From Trichosphaerium sp. ATCC 40318 (lineage: Eukaryota; Protista; Tubulinea), in assembly GCA_038496445.1 (NCBI GenBank), contig JALMLS010000256.1, positions 186,001 through 250,000 on the forward strand: a stretch of DNA of 64,000 nucleotides, read 5' to 3'. Under the pieces are notes generated by a model. The model ran no database searches. It saw only the letters and a program-made list of their open reading frames with translations, and was not told where the DNA came from. This document shows positions 23,651-37,049 of this stretch, piece by piece (the first letter of the stretch is position 1; each line of letters opens with the position of its first letter). A program made the translations under genes and the position numbers.

Positions 23651-26156
23651 ATGGCTGAAGCAAACTATACCGATACTGATAACCCTTATGATGAGAGTAG
23701 TGAAGATATCGCCACACCTCGATGTCCCAAGGCTGGTATTGTCGTATCTGGCGTGAATACAGTCTCAGAAAGCGTTTCATTTACTATTAGTGCTAGTGGA
23801 AGAGTAAGTTTGTTAATCTTAACTATTCCTCACTAACTGTTTACAAGACGCATACAATTGAGCATAAAAAGGCGTCACTGTATCGTTTACACAAATGGGT
23901 ACTAAAAAGCGTCTATTGCTTCTAAAATCCATCTAACTGTATTATAGATACACGCAACGTTCCCTAATGCGTCTCTATCATCATTTCCGTATACCTTAGA
24001 GCTTACACAAGAATGGATAGACTCAATTGTAAATGATAAGATTATTTCGAATTGTTTTGAAATTAGAACTTTTTTCGAATTTTACAAGTACGTCTTTTCT
24101 TTGTAGTCACGTGGTTTATTGAAGTTACTTTTTTAATAGAATAGAGTCTGTAGTACCACGAAAAAATGGTGTACTTCATGTACATTTACTGAGAGTGTCA
24201 AAATTGCCAAAAGAAATGAACAGTACGCATGTTCTGTTTTTTCTTTTTAAATCGAAGAGTCATGTAGCTCACTTTCTTTGTAGAACTGCATTGTGAGCTT
24301 GAACAAATAGAACCTATTAACCCAAAAGAAGTTGATGTATGTTATAATAACGTTATATCATGTCATACTGATTGATATTAGGACGCTTTTGGATTCATAC
24401 CAAACAAAGTAAAGATTTTTACGAAAAAAACTGAAAGTGCAACAAACAGCCCAGATTTCTTTACTAGTTTCAAGTTTGATATTGTCAATAGTGCAGTACC
24501 TGTAAGATAACTTCCTGAATTTAGGTTTCTTAATACTTTTAGATTCGATTGACAGTGTACTCAGGAAAGCAATCTTTGGGAAGCACAACACTTTGTGCAA
24601 ACAATGCAATAAACAAATTAAAAAACTTCAAACTTCCTCTAAAGGTATACCTACACAACGCCTAATATACGATATATTGGCGATACTTTGGTTTATTAAC
24701 ATGTTCAATAGGGTCATGGACCTCATGAGATTAGTGGTAGAGTTCAATTTAAACTCAAATTCTATCCAAACAATTCAATCAAAAAAAGCAGTTGTGACAC
24801 ATTAGAGCCAGTTGTTATGGCTCCTTCTAAGAAAGTTTACTATCCTGGACAACTGATTAAAGGAAAAGTAACATTTAACCTTAATGAAGAGCACTTTAGA
24901 AAGATTAACAGAGTAATGATAGCTGTAAAAGGTACACAACCAAACAATTTAGCATGTATTGACACTATCACTGGTTAGGTATGCAAATTGCAACTTCTAA
25001 AGAGAACCCATCGAAGTATGGTAACGGCAGAAGCATAGCCGAACATACGTCAACTAAGTAAGTGAATGTAAAATGCTTGATCAGTAAAGAAAACTGAGAA
25101 ACTTATATCATTTTAGAAAAACATATACATTTATTTATGAAGCAGTACGAGCTTTTGACAATGCACAAAAAGTGTTAAAGGTATGAACCTCCCTTGTAGC
25201 TAGTTTTTAGAAACTATATAACTTGTAGTCTTCGTTTTTGCGGCTTATTGTGTATAGGCTGGGTTTACAACAATACAATTTAATAGCGGATATCATATCC
25301 CGATTAATGCACCTCCTACTTCTGTAGTTCATGGTGTAAGAACGTATGAGAATAAAACCAAATATTTCATAGAAGTAAAGTGTTTTGACAGCAAAGAAAA
25401 GGAATGTGGCGTCTGTAAGTACCAATGTTGGAACTGTTTCTTTTCCTAACTTTTTCGTTCAGACTAACTTTTTTCTTTAAGACTCACAAGACTTTACTGT
25501 TCTTGCACCTACACCAAGAGATGAATTATTCCAAGATGCCACTTTCAGTAAGACTTGTGATAAAGGAAAAGTACTATTACATATTTCACAGCAATATATG
25601 ACACCAGGGCAAACAATACAAGTAACAGTTGTAAGTCTTAGTTTATTAGTGAGTTTTCCTTCTTTTTTCTTATCTTGGTGTTTGTAGACAGCACCTCTGT
25701 TACTGAAATTGAAAGAACAATTCACCTGTAAGCTTAAGTGTTATAAGGGTGTGAACGGAAAAAATATAAAGCAGGTTATTGGTTCTAAGAGAAGAATAGA
25801 AACAATGGATACAATTGAAATGAAATGGGAAGCAGCAAAAGAACACAACAAAGTGTACGTATTTTATCATGCTTTTCTTCACAATCTTACATTTGTTTCT
25901 TCCTCTAGTATGTCTGTATGCTTCCCTATCACGTTAAAAAATGGCAATGCTATGATGAGTCATGGTGGTAACTTATCACCACTATGCAGTGTCTATTACA
26001 TTGTAGAACTATCCATCCCAACAAAATCTGGGTACGTTTTTTAGCTATTGCCAATTCTTCCTTCAACTTACTCTCGTATTCAGGAAGATAGAGTTCTCAG
26101 CGCCTGTAGAAGTATGTAATCCTTCATTTAAAACAGTGAAGAAAAACCACTCATGA
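23651..26156 (+). CDS. Arrestin-domain protein with N-terminal PX-like and C2-like domains
   Basis: Exons give a PX-like end (QEWIDSIVNDKIISNCFEIRTFF), a C2 start (GVLHVHLLRVSKLP), arrestin-N (VYYPGQLIKGKVTFNL) and arrestin-C (YMTPGQTIQVTV, SVYYIVEL). Confidence 0.65.
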
Positions 26157-26444
26157 ATGCAGTCAAGACAACAAATACAAAATGTATACCACATGCGACA
26201 CAGGCGAAATAAACACCAATAAATTATTTATACGTAAACCACCTCCACTCACAAGTCAACATAGCCAATGTATAAGAACCCACCCAAATTTACACATAAC
26301 GGATTTTCAAAATCAATTGAAGAAGAGGCACTAGCGAGAAGCTAAAAAAATTTTGTGCGAGAACTACGAAAATTTTCAGAATAAGTCATACTTTTTTATT
26401 CAAAACAAACCAATGGTTTGTTAGAATTTTATTACCAATTTAAT

Positions 26445-28790
26445 TCATAAGTAACTTTGAATTGTTGGTACAAATCAGGGTGGTTAACTCTAAAAAAAAT
26501 CATAAGACTTGCATTCAATCAATAAAACAAAAAAAAAAAAGAAAGAGAAGAAAGAACGTACTGCAAAGCAACATGATCTTCAGCGAAACAAACGAAAATA
26601 GTGGCTACACCAGAATCTACAATTTGTATGACTTGTGTCATAACAACAAATCCAATAGCTAATCCAATAATAGCAAATGCAGCCCACCAGTATGTATCAG
26701 TAGTAAAGTTATCAAACAACATTAATCCCTAACATTAAACTATCAGCAAATTGAAAAAAAACTGCCTTTTATGTACCATGAATCCGCCAGTAATAGCTCC
26801 TACTATACCACCTAATAGGCAACCCATAGATAATACACCATCGATAATATTATCGTTCACAATGGCTTCTAAAGCGCAAAAAAGTTAAAAGAAAGAAAAA
26901 AATTCAAAAAAATAAAAGTAGAGTTTTAACAACGTACCAAGGCCGTCTGATTTAAATAATCTCCATGTTGCTTTAGCTGCTTGACAGAATGAATGTCCAT
27001 ATATGGCCACTTGAGTAAACGCATAGTGCTAAAAGACAGTTAGTTTTTGGTCCAAACCATACTCAAAAAATAAAAACCAAGTCATTACGTTAAAGTATTG
27101 GATTAGCCAATCTAAGCATCCAAGAATACAATCAGCGAAACAAGCAATAATAGCCAAAACGATGTTATTATTCTTTGCTCTGAAAAAGCGAACCTGTAGT
27201 GGAAGAGTAAGTAAGTGATTAAATGAAAAAAATAAAAAAAAACTTCTTGAAATCTAAGGAAAAAACAAAATTCGCGATCGCGATGTTTCTTATGTAACAA
27301 AAGTAATAAGCCTTACAATAGTACGAATAGTCTTCAAAATAGCTACAATCAAAGATCCGAAGCAAATTGACCCAAAAGATGTTGTTAACGCTCTAAAAAA
27401 AAAAACCAATTAGTTACTTGTTTAATAACTTGTTTCAATAAAAAAATTAGAATACCTCTTGAATGACGCAGCTGTTGGGTTTTTTGGCATACCGACAGAA
27501 CCAGCCATGAAATACCATGAAGCATATAGTCCAGAAACACCAACATGGAGTGTGTTTTTAATAACTAAAAAAAGCACGTGTCAACAATCTTAAAAAAAAC
27601 AACCAAAAAGCAGCTTACCTTGTGTGCAGTAGTAGAATGAGAAGATTAAGTAAACAGCAACAACATAACTGACAACACCGCTTGGGAATCTTTGGCAAAT
27701 AGCTACAGTCCAAACCCACAGGCAAATGTAAACAGCCTTTGAAAGAAATTAGACATTTTACGTACAAAAAAAACATACCATTACACCAAGAGTGGCAAAA
27801 GCTGATAACTGTGTTGCAGGGTAAGCAGAAACTACGCCACATACTGTACGAAGTACAGCAACAGCAAAAGGAATACGTGAACGCCATAACCAGTACATGA
27901 GTATCATGAATAAACCGATAAAAATCAAAATAGCGCCGACAATGTAACTTTCTAAGCAGAAAAGAAAAGTTACTAAGTGTTACACCACTAATAAAACTAA
28001 ATGATCTCTCGTACTAATGATAAAGTTGTATGCAGCCATAGCAAAGAACAGAAGGCAGTTCACTGCGAAAACGTAAGGAGTAACCAAGTAATTCGAACAA
28101 AACGCGAGTGACAGCTGTCACTGAACTAGTTTTTCCAGGTAGATTATACGTACAGACGATACCAGTGATAATCATCACATACGTGTACTTGCGAAGTAGA
28201 TTAATGTAGAGAGCACTGAAACCAGCGACAACAAGCATAATCGCTACAGCACTACCCAAAATACGCACTAGTTGCTTCTATTATGGCATTAACATAGATT
28301 GACCATACATTTACACGTACGCCATCAATTTTGACGCTTTCAATTAAGCCCGTGTCTTTACCGTCGTGAGCTAACGTATGACCATAGCCCAATAATCCGG
28401 CTTGGTTTTGTAAGTTTTGGGTACTTTGAGACTGTTTGGTTTGCGTACCGACAATAACAATGTGAAGTGCGAAAACAATAGCCCAGACGATATCCCTGTA
28501 AGGTGGAGTGCCTGGAAACTTGTTTTGTAAATCTGGTTGCCAGCTACCTAAAACGAAATAAGATAAATTATGCGCAAGCTGTTACCTTGCTCGTAATCAA
28601 CCGATTTAGTTGGTGCTCCATGCATCAAAGGTTGTTGCTGGTTATCGTTATACGGTGGTACAGGATTAGTATACTGCGGGTTGTACGGCGGAGGACCGCC
28701 CTACATGGTGTCATTCGTGTGTATTAATTAGAAACATACCTCCGTTGGTGGGTACTGCATGTTTGGATTTGTACCGTACGTTTCCGTCAT
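26445..28790 (-). CDS. Choline transporter-like (CTL/SLC44, Pns1-like) membrane protein
   Basis: Pro/Tyr-rich N-terminus, RALTTSFGSICFGSLIVAI, YAFTQVAIYGHSFCQAAKATW, DSGVATIFVCFAED. Confidence 0.9.
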
Positions 28791-29078
28791 CTCCAGAGTT
28801 GTTGTTAAAAGAATTTAATCAAAGCGGTTAAGTTTTTAGTAGATTTGTGGGAAAAAAGGCTATGTTTGCCTGAAAGGCTTACTATCCTTTCTCGCCTTGC
28901 TTTTCTTGCTAAGCTGCTTGTCGCTTTGAAGGAAAAATACTTGTGCAACCAGCACGCGCTCATGAGCAACAAGTCAGTAAACTAATATTAAATACACTTT
29001 ACTAAAGTACAACGCTTACAAAATGGACAATGGATAATTTTTCTACATAATCCACACGCAACATGGACTTGATTTTCT

Positions 29079-31208
29079 TTAGCGTATGGAAGACAACCGA
29101 CGTCGTTTATCGACATGCTTAGTTGGTAAATTACCACTTCGTTTGCCGCCTGTTTTTTGATTCTTATTTCTTTGTGTTGGACTCTTTCGCTTCTTTCGAA
29201 TGATTATGACTTTACGCCTTTTGGTTTAATTTGATTAGAAATACATCTTGTTGGACTGTTTGTACCGTCTTTTTGGTTTACTTACACCCTTAGAAGGTAC
29301 AACTTGATTTGAGACATTTTCTTTATCATCTTCTTCATCTTTGATAGCAATAAGCTTCTTGGATTGTTTTGACTTGAGCTTTGGCTTTGGAGCATTACTG
29401 GACTAGTGTTAGTACAGGATAGAGCTTGCAATTGCATTACTATACCTTATCTCGGCTTTGTTAGTCAATGTTGATTTTTTCAGACGCCTTGAACGTCGTG
29501 GTGCCTCTGTGTAGTCAATAGGTTCTGTAGAAACCTCACCAAGTAACGGATCATTAATCCAGTTGTTTGATGGTTCAAATTTAAGTTTCGTTGCTACTGG
29601 TGACGGAGGTGGAAGGGATTTAATGTCCACTAATAAGATATAAGTAAGCCTCTAACGAAAGACAGGTGTAACGTTGACTTACCACGGGGTTGCTTCAACT
29701 CATCGAAAAAAGGATCATCAAGTAGTAACAAGCAAGGTGTAGAACGTTCCATCTAAAACAAATCAGTTAGAGCAAATTCGTTATTAGTTAATCTATGTAC
29801 CCTTGCGCGTAGGCTCCTTAGTAGCTTGAAGTCCTCAGCGCTTGGTGTGAAGTTATCAGGCCAAGTTTTTTTCGCTGAAAAGAAAAAAACGGTTAGCGTG
29901 CTTCTGACTCTGAAAGAGGTGTGAAAAACAATACGTACACCGCAATTCACTAAGAAGACTATCAAGGTCACCAGTATAATCAAAAACGCTTGCACCTGCC
30001 ATCTTCTCGTTGCAGACAACCTGGAAGTCCGTCAGTAAACAAGAAGGCCCATGCGTTCCAGAAATGAGAAGAGAGAACGTACTCTGTCCTCTACTTTAAT
30101 GCGTGCGTGTCCAAAGTCTGTTATCTTTACCAATAAGCCAGAATCAGCGTACCAACGTGAGTCTCCGTTACGAAATATACAAACACGAGATCCTACTTCT
30201 CGAAGCAGTACGTTCTACAATAACCGATGAGTACTTTGGATCGTTACTGTGATATTGTAGATTGCTACCTTAGCATGTAAATCATTGTGATTGAATCCAA
30301 ACTCCTTTTGAGCAACATGAAGCGCGAAAACAAGCTGGAAAAAGACTTCTTTGTATTGTCTAAATGTCAGAGACCGACGTCGTTCTTGTAGAGTGAAATC
30401 AGCGCACTCAAGCACAAGATTCATGTATAATTCGTCGTCCTGGAGGCGTATAAGTGAAAAAAAAGCGAAAATAGCTGAAAGAGACTGGTCAAAAGAAAAA
30501 ATCAAAGTCGTACCTTAGCTTTAAACCAATCAACCAAAGTTACAAAATTCGAGTCCTCAGGGCTACACGAAGCGTTAAACCAATTTGAGCGGTTTATTTT
30601 TCCTAGCATAAAAATATGCCCGTTGAAAGTCGTACTTTGGGTAATAGTGTCGCATGTGGCGTAGTTTATTCAGTTGTTTGAGGATATAAAATTCTCTGTA
30701 AGGTTTGGCGGCTATATTTTTTGGTGACTTCAAATATTGTTTTTTAATAGCGTATTGGACTGGAGACTGCTTTGTTTTGCCTTTTGGTTTCTGTCTAACG
30801 AATAGTATTTCTGCATCTCGTCCATTTGCGTACCGATCTCTTGTAACGATGTTATAAGCTAAGTAGATGCGTTTTATAACGTACTCGCGAACTTGATACC
30901 GTCTTTGAGTTAAAAAAGAATCAGAGGTTTTTTTTGGTGTTACAAGTAGCGCAGTGCGTGTTGGGGATAGGTTCGGTGTGAATGGGTGCATTTGTATGGC
31001 TTACTTTCAGTGCATCAGTCAATGGCGGCAAAATTTTCGAATATCTCTCGTTAAGATAGGCCTAACTTAATATCAAATTCCAGAGTACAATTGAACTTGA
31101 CTGCGTTGCTCTCTCACCAAAAGCATTACGAGGCCGAAAGGTCGGAAAGCTGAAATAAATTGTTATTACGTGAAGTACAACCCAAAAAACGGAACGACAA
31201 CACCTCAT
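29079..31208 (-). CDS. Haspin-like atypical protein kinase (5' exons uncertain)
   Basis: YAIKK, REFYILKQL, FQLVFALHVAQKEFGFNHNDLH, VKITDFGHARI; basic low-complexity tail. Confidence 0.75.
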
Positions 31209-31273
31209 GTGAGGTTATAAAACTACTGTATTTTGAGCCTAATCATTTACCAATGCCTGACATATATATTCGT

Positions 31274-32269
31274 TTACTGAACTATCCTACCGTCCACGTA
31301 CATACGAAGAAAAGCAAGCTTTCCATCATCTGTCCAAACTTTATATTCACCATGTAATTCACCTTCAATGTAAGTACGTTGTGCGTGAATTTGTCCATTT
31401 TCATGCCATGAAGTGTACTCGCCAGTTTCTTCATCATCAACATAGGTGCAATGCGTGCGGAGCTGTCCGTTTTCATGCCATTGCTTATACTCACCATTTT
31501 TTTTATCATCAACTAAGCTGGTGTGCACATCGAGTTGTCCGTTCTTAAACCACGACTTAAACTCTCCATTCCTCTTACCATCTACAATCGTACATACAAC
31601 ACCAAGATTTCCGTTCTCATACCACGATTGGTACTCACCCTCGAACTCTCCATCAACCAATACTCCTTTTGATCCAAGTCTTCCATTCTCATGCCATGTT
31701 TTGAACTCTCCGTTTTTTTTCCCATTGCTGTAAGTACACTGCATTTTAGTCTGCCCGTTCTCATAAAACTGCTTGTATTCGCCATTCACCTCACCATCAC
31801 TAAAAGTAAATTGGAGAGAAAGCTGTCCACTCTTATAAAACGTATTGTACTTGCCAGCTATTATACCATCAACCATATAGTATTGGGAAGCCACTTGACC
31901 ATCACTGTACCATGTTATCCATTTTCCATTGCATTTTAGTTTGCTGTTGTAATGTGTACTTATTGCTGCTCTTTTAGACAACACGTGGAATTTATTGAAT
32001 ATTTCTTCGTCTAGCTCACAAATAAAACGTTGAATATCACATGGAATATCTAATATTGTAGTAGGGATATCGTCAGGCACGTTGGCCAATGGTTCTGTCG
32101 ACAATGAAATATCTACAAAATGTTAAACAATTTTTACCAGTATGAAGCTGGATTAGTTTTAACTTGCACAATACGCAAAACAGCGTGTTTCGTTAAGGGT
32201 TAATTTACAATCAATTGTATTGATTGTCTAAGTCATTCAGAAATTCAGTTCTAGCGTACCTTGAGACAT
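31274..32269 (-). CDS. F-box-like + MORN-variant repeat protein (intact, 282 aa) with a 10-nt first coding exon
   Basis: ATGTCTCAAG (32269-32260)|GTACGC intron...TTTTGTAG| splices in frame to DISLSTEP...ILDIPCDIQRFI, followed by about 9 MORN units. The TTG start in the ORF track is an artefact. Confidence 0.85.
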
Positions 32270-33657
32270 AATGCCGTGAAAGACTAAAATTTTATTGATT
32301 TTTGTTTTTTTATTGTTCTACGCGCTTGTTGAACGTTGAAGTACTCAAAGAAATAAAGGCCGTGTAGTTTTTGTTTGTTTATCTGGTTTCTATGAGTAGT
32401 TGGACAGTGTAAAAACGAACGCGACCAGTCAATGTCAGTCGGAGGTTTTGAGGAATCATTCAATCCACTTAAAAAATATCTCCACACTCCTTCAAATAAT
32501 GAATTTCTCCGGTTTAACAGTATCCCAGGCTCTGAATTACTTTCACAAGTACCATACGGAAGCTTACAGCAAAATAAAAGAAAACCAGCACGAACCATTC
32601 ATAAAACAAGTCAAGGACATTGTTAACATTGTAAATGGAAGCCTCATAAAACAACTTGATGAACTTCTTAAAGAACACGTGGATACAAAAGAGTTTATCT
32701 CAAGCGATATCCGGATATCTTAAAGATAAGACAGTACAATGGCGTGATGAATAATAGTATTGTTCAACTAGTAGACACCAAGGATACCACAATATTTTCA
32801 TTATTAGCTGGATGTCGCAAAATCAAAAATCCAAAACTAGAAAAAGTTCATGTTAATGACAATGATCTGAAAGCACTAGCAAGTGCTTGTCAAATTAGCT
32901 TCATTGATATTAGTTATTGTTATAACATAACAGATGAAGGTGTCAAAGCGCTCAAAGGTGTCCATAGAAAGGTTGATTGTATGAACACCTTTGAGTGCTT
33001 TAACACATTCGTGTGTAAGCTGTCCACAACCCTCAAGGTTGATTGTATGTACTCCAACAAGTGCTTTAATGCCTTCATCTGTCACCTGGTAACAAGATTT
33101 AAGTGAAATGCTCAATGGAACAATGTAGATGATTGTGTTAAAGCTTTGGGAGGAGTTCATACTATTCATCTATCTTATTCTGATGTTACAGATGACGGCA
33201 TTAAAACTCTTGCTGGAGTTCATTTTATAGACCTTGAAGACTGTCCTCAAGTGACGGATGAAGGCATTAAAGCTCTTGCTGGAGTTCATTATATAGACCT
33301 TGAGAACTGTCCTCAAGTGACGGATGAAGGCACTATAGCACTTAGAGGGTTCATACAATTAAGCTGGCCCACACTAATGTAACTGACATTGGCATCAAAG
33401 CGCTTGCTGGAGTAGTTTTGTGATGTGACAAATGAAGTCAAAGCACTCAAACGTGTTCATACAATTCATGTTGGTAACAATGTTACACGTGAAGGTATAG
33501 AAGCATTAGAGTATGTTCATACAGTCTACACATTTAATTGCAATGGTTTTACACAAGAATGTATTAACAGGCTACAAGCAGCGTCAATAATATTTAAAGC
33601 TACTGGTACATGAGTTCCCAACTATAATTTGAAGTAAATAAAACTATTTCCTTACTT
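32186..33657. repeat. Right arm of inverted duplication 1
   Basis: Reverse complement of 18494-20330, with a 297-bp deletion and an internal inversion. Confidence 0.92.
32499..33613 (+). pseudogene. F-box-LRR copy B (F-box deleted, internal inversion, frameshifts)
   Basis: Exon 1 is fused out of frame to the region after the F-box at 32680-32688; 32966-33110 is inverted; further indels near 33350 and 33415-33440. Confidence 0.88.
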
Positions 33658-34129
33658 ACCGATTTTATACCATTGCATCCATACACCATGTCGTTCAAGT
33701 TTGTCGTTGTAGTGTGTGTTGGTAGCAGCTTTTAGATAGTGTATCTTTTAGATAGAGTATGAAACATTTCACGTTAGCCTACGTTTGCAACTAATACGGT
33801 AACAATTGAGTTTTTTTACGTAAACAGAAGTAGTCATGTGATTTATAAAATCGATTAGAGTCAAATACCACAAAGTGCAATGCTTACTACTGGCCACAGT
33901 TTCTTTATTTAAAGGGAATCTTACCCGGCTGTGCCGTATATAAGCCTTGGTGTACATCAAGGTAAGATCGCGAATTTTATGCTATGTTACAGTTGTAGTA
34001 CAATCATGATTACTCGAATCAAAATCACTTTCTAGTCGAAATAAAAGGACTACAACATCTACATCAACATTAGTACGCTCACATTAAAAATATTGCAGTG
34101 GGTAACCACAGGACTATTCAAGTTTAGTT

Positions 34130-36676
34130 TTAAAACAATATCATCAACAAATCAATGTAGGTAAACACCTCGAAAAAACCCTAAAAGTATTGCCTTACCT
34201 GAAAGTTTAGCACACTCCTCTTAAGTCCATATTGATACATACATTCAGCCTTTAAGTAATCGCGTACATCTATAAATAAAGTTGTTATTACGTCAGAATT
34301 ATTACTAACAGAGTGGATTATTTACCTTCTTCAACGTTTTTCAACTCTGGGAAAAAAGTAGTGAAAAAATCAAAGTCAGTATTACTACCAAGCATATGTG
34401 CTACACTTCTTTTTCTTCCATTTTTAGGTGGCTCCATACCATGTTCTTTATATTTCTTTGTTGTAATAAATAACTCATTTATCATCTGCCAAGTATCATC
34501 AACACTCTTTTTCCTCTTTATAAAAGCTTGAATACGTTCCTTATTTGTAACACAACCCAAAACAATACCGACTTTAGTTAGTCTTAAATCAGCATTATTT
34601 GAGCGTATTGCATATCGGAATTCGGCGGATTTTGGCTTTGTAATGGAGTAAACGCCTTCAATTGTTCCTAGAACACAGGTTTAGATTTAATATTTTTTTT
34701 CGAATTCATAAGTTTCTATTTACCGTTACTCGTCAGCGAGTCTACCATGGACCACATATAAGAAGAGCTTCTAAACTTCTCCTTGAAACCTCGGTGCATC
34801 AATCCTGCAGAAATCCCAGCAAACATGCCCTAAATATCAGTCAGCTCTGTTTGAGTTTTTTTTAAAAAAGAGGATTAACTGTACCAACGAAGCAGCTTCT
34901 TCATAACTACTGATACCTATGACTTGACCAGCAAAATAAAGACCATTAATTCTATTTGACTCGAGTGTACTATAGAGCTCTGAGGGAAAAGTTAATCATC
35001 TTCTATTGTTTTTTTTTAAAGCCTTTTAGCGTTTTATTACCTCTGCCTTCCAAGACTGAGTACACTTTTGAGTATCCATATTTGAGAATTTCAGCCTTAT
35101 TGAGTCCTCTTAGAGATTGCACAAACGCTCTTTGAGTGTCTGGATTTAAACTTGTAGCGAGTCCATTTAAGTAATATCCATTAGGAATATTTGATTGTTC
35201 AACAAATATTTTTCGTTGCATCTTTGGATCAGTGAGCTGTAGTTTAGCTTCTATTTGCGTTCCAGTTAGGTATATTACGTGTAACTAGTACCTATGCTCC
35301 TACAACTGGTAGGTCCTTGTAATGTCTGAAACCTAAGCATGGTTTAAAAAGAATTTGCAACAACTTGATTTTTTACGGTTTCTCGTGCAAGTGAGCTGCC
35401 ACAATCTTCTTTGCTTCTTCGTTAAAACTAGTGCTATATACAGTATCACCTTTATACAGATTTTTCAAATCATTTGGTGTATGAAGAAACGATAGTGGAA
35501 CAGGCTCATCCTTAAACTCTATTTCTCTATTGAAATAAAAAAAATCAGAAAAAAAACCAGAAAAAACTAGTACCGTACGTCAGTTTATCTGGTTCAATCG
35601 TAGACTTGTCAATGATTGGCGGACTACCTAATAATTGGTGTTAATATAAAATATACCTTATTGTTACTGTTGACTTACCAGTACGATGTAGTACCATTCT
35701 AAAGCCAAGTTTACGCAAATCGTTTAACATTTTCGTGTTCGTAATTTCTAGACAAAACAAGTCAAAAAAAAACCGTCTCATACACATAGTTATTGACTAC
35801 ATAAAGTTAAATTATGTACCTGGGTTTATAGTTTTCTACAAAGTAACAAAAAAATCGAATTAGTCAAAAAGTTTGCTACAGAAATGGTGTTGCACGTGAT
35901 CATCACGTGATAATATAAAAAGATCCTTGTACCTTTCCACGCGCTTTAAACCCTTCTAGGTAACTTCCAACAGTCATAATAACTTGCTTAGTGTTTATGA
36001 CCTCTCCATTTGCTGAAAATCGTTAAAAAAACCCAATCTTACAAAAGAGGAACGCACTCAATGTTACTCCTGTTACCTTACGGTCTTCTAGATTTACACT
36101 TTCAACTATTGACTTCTGTATAGTAAGGTTAGGTTGCTCTGAGAGCATTCTTCGAATAGCTTTAGAGTACTTAACACGATCTACAACGCTCCTTTGACGA
36201 TTTAGTTTACATTGAAAAGTTTCGTAGGTTCGTACCTTGTAGCTCTGTGTGCTGGGCCTTTTGAAGTAAATAGCGTAGCTGAATATATACAAGCCTCATC
36301 AGTAGCTCTACCCATGAGACCTACGAACTTTTGAGCGACTGGCAGTGTTATTTTGTTTCATCTGGTTTTTTACCATCCAGACTATCTATTTCGCGAACCA
36401 GAACGCTTCTTACGTTTCCACCAATCGAATTACCTCCAATCAAGTATCCTAAGCGTAATTAATCTTTTTGACTTCTTTTTACGCTATATTACCTATTTTC
36501 TCGGGGTCTGGGACGATCATTAGTGTTTTTAATTTCATTCGTGCTGTAACTGCTGCTGCCTCAATGCCAGCATGACCGCCACCAATGACAATGCAATCAT
36601 ACGCGCAATAACGCTTTTGGTTACTTATTTTTCTTAAACGAGTGGAAACTCCTTTTTTCAACCTGGAAAGTATCAT
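34130..36676 (-). CDS. Divergent MnmG/GidA (MTO1)-family FAD-binding protein; 3' end approximate
   Basis: [25 protein letters not shown]|[16 protein letters not shown]|[28 protein letters not shown]; basic presequence-like N-terminus. Confidence 0.8.
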
Positions 36677-37049
36677 AATTGATACATATGGCCTGTTGGT
36701 AGCTGTTAAAGCAATGTTTGAAACTTAACGAATTTTGTGCAAGTCACTTTCCTAAAAACTGTTTTTCTGCACAAATGGTACTTACTCACACTGTAAGTTG
36801 TGTCAACTGTGCTCAAACAGTCAAACAAAAACAATCACGTGACTTTTCAAGCAAGTACTGGTAAAAAAAACGCAACAACTTTTGTGGACAATACTTTATT
36901 ATAGGGTCTAATACTAGCGAACTTCTGATTCCTAGCTATAGGTATGGTACAATATAGTTTGTATGGGATCGCAAGGGGTTCTCCCATAAGATATAGCTAA
37001 GCTGTAGTAGAGTCAATTTATAATACAAAGTGATTTTTATTTCACATTG

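Noticed and set aside
31124-31150. Hammerhead-like ACGAGGCCGAAAGGTCGGAAA
   Set aside because: The CUGANGA core is broken (ATTACGA), no stems I/III are found, and the opposite strand reads as a plausible 5' exon of the haspin-like gene (FPTFRPRNAF).
18494-33657. Polinton/Maverick or complete endogenous virus bounded by long TIRs (also 39433-55570)
   Set aside because: No integrase, pPolB, capsid or ATPase; the interior is intron-rich host genes; no target-site duplication seen.
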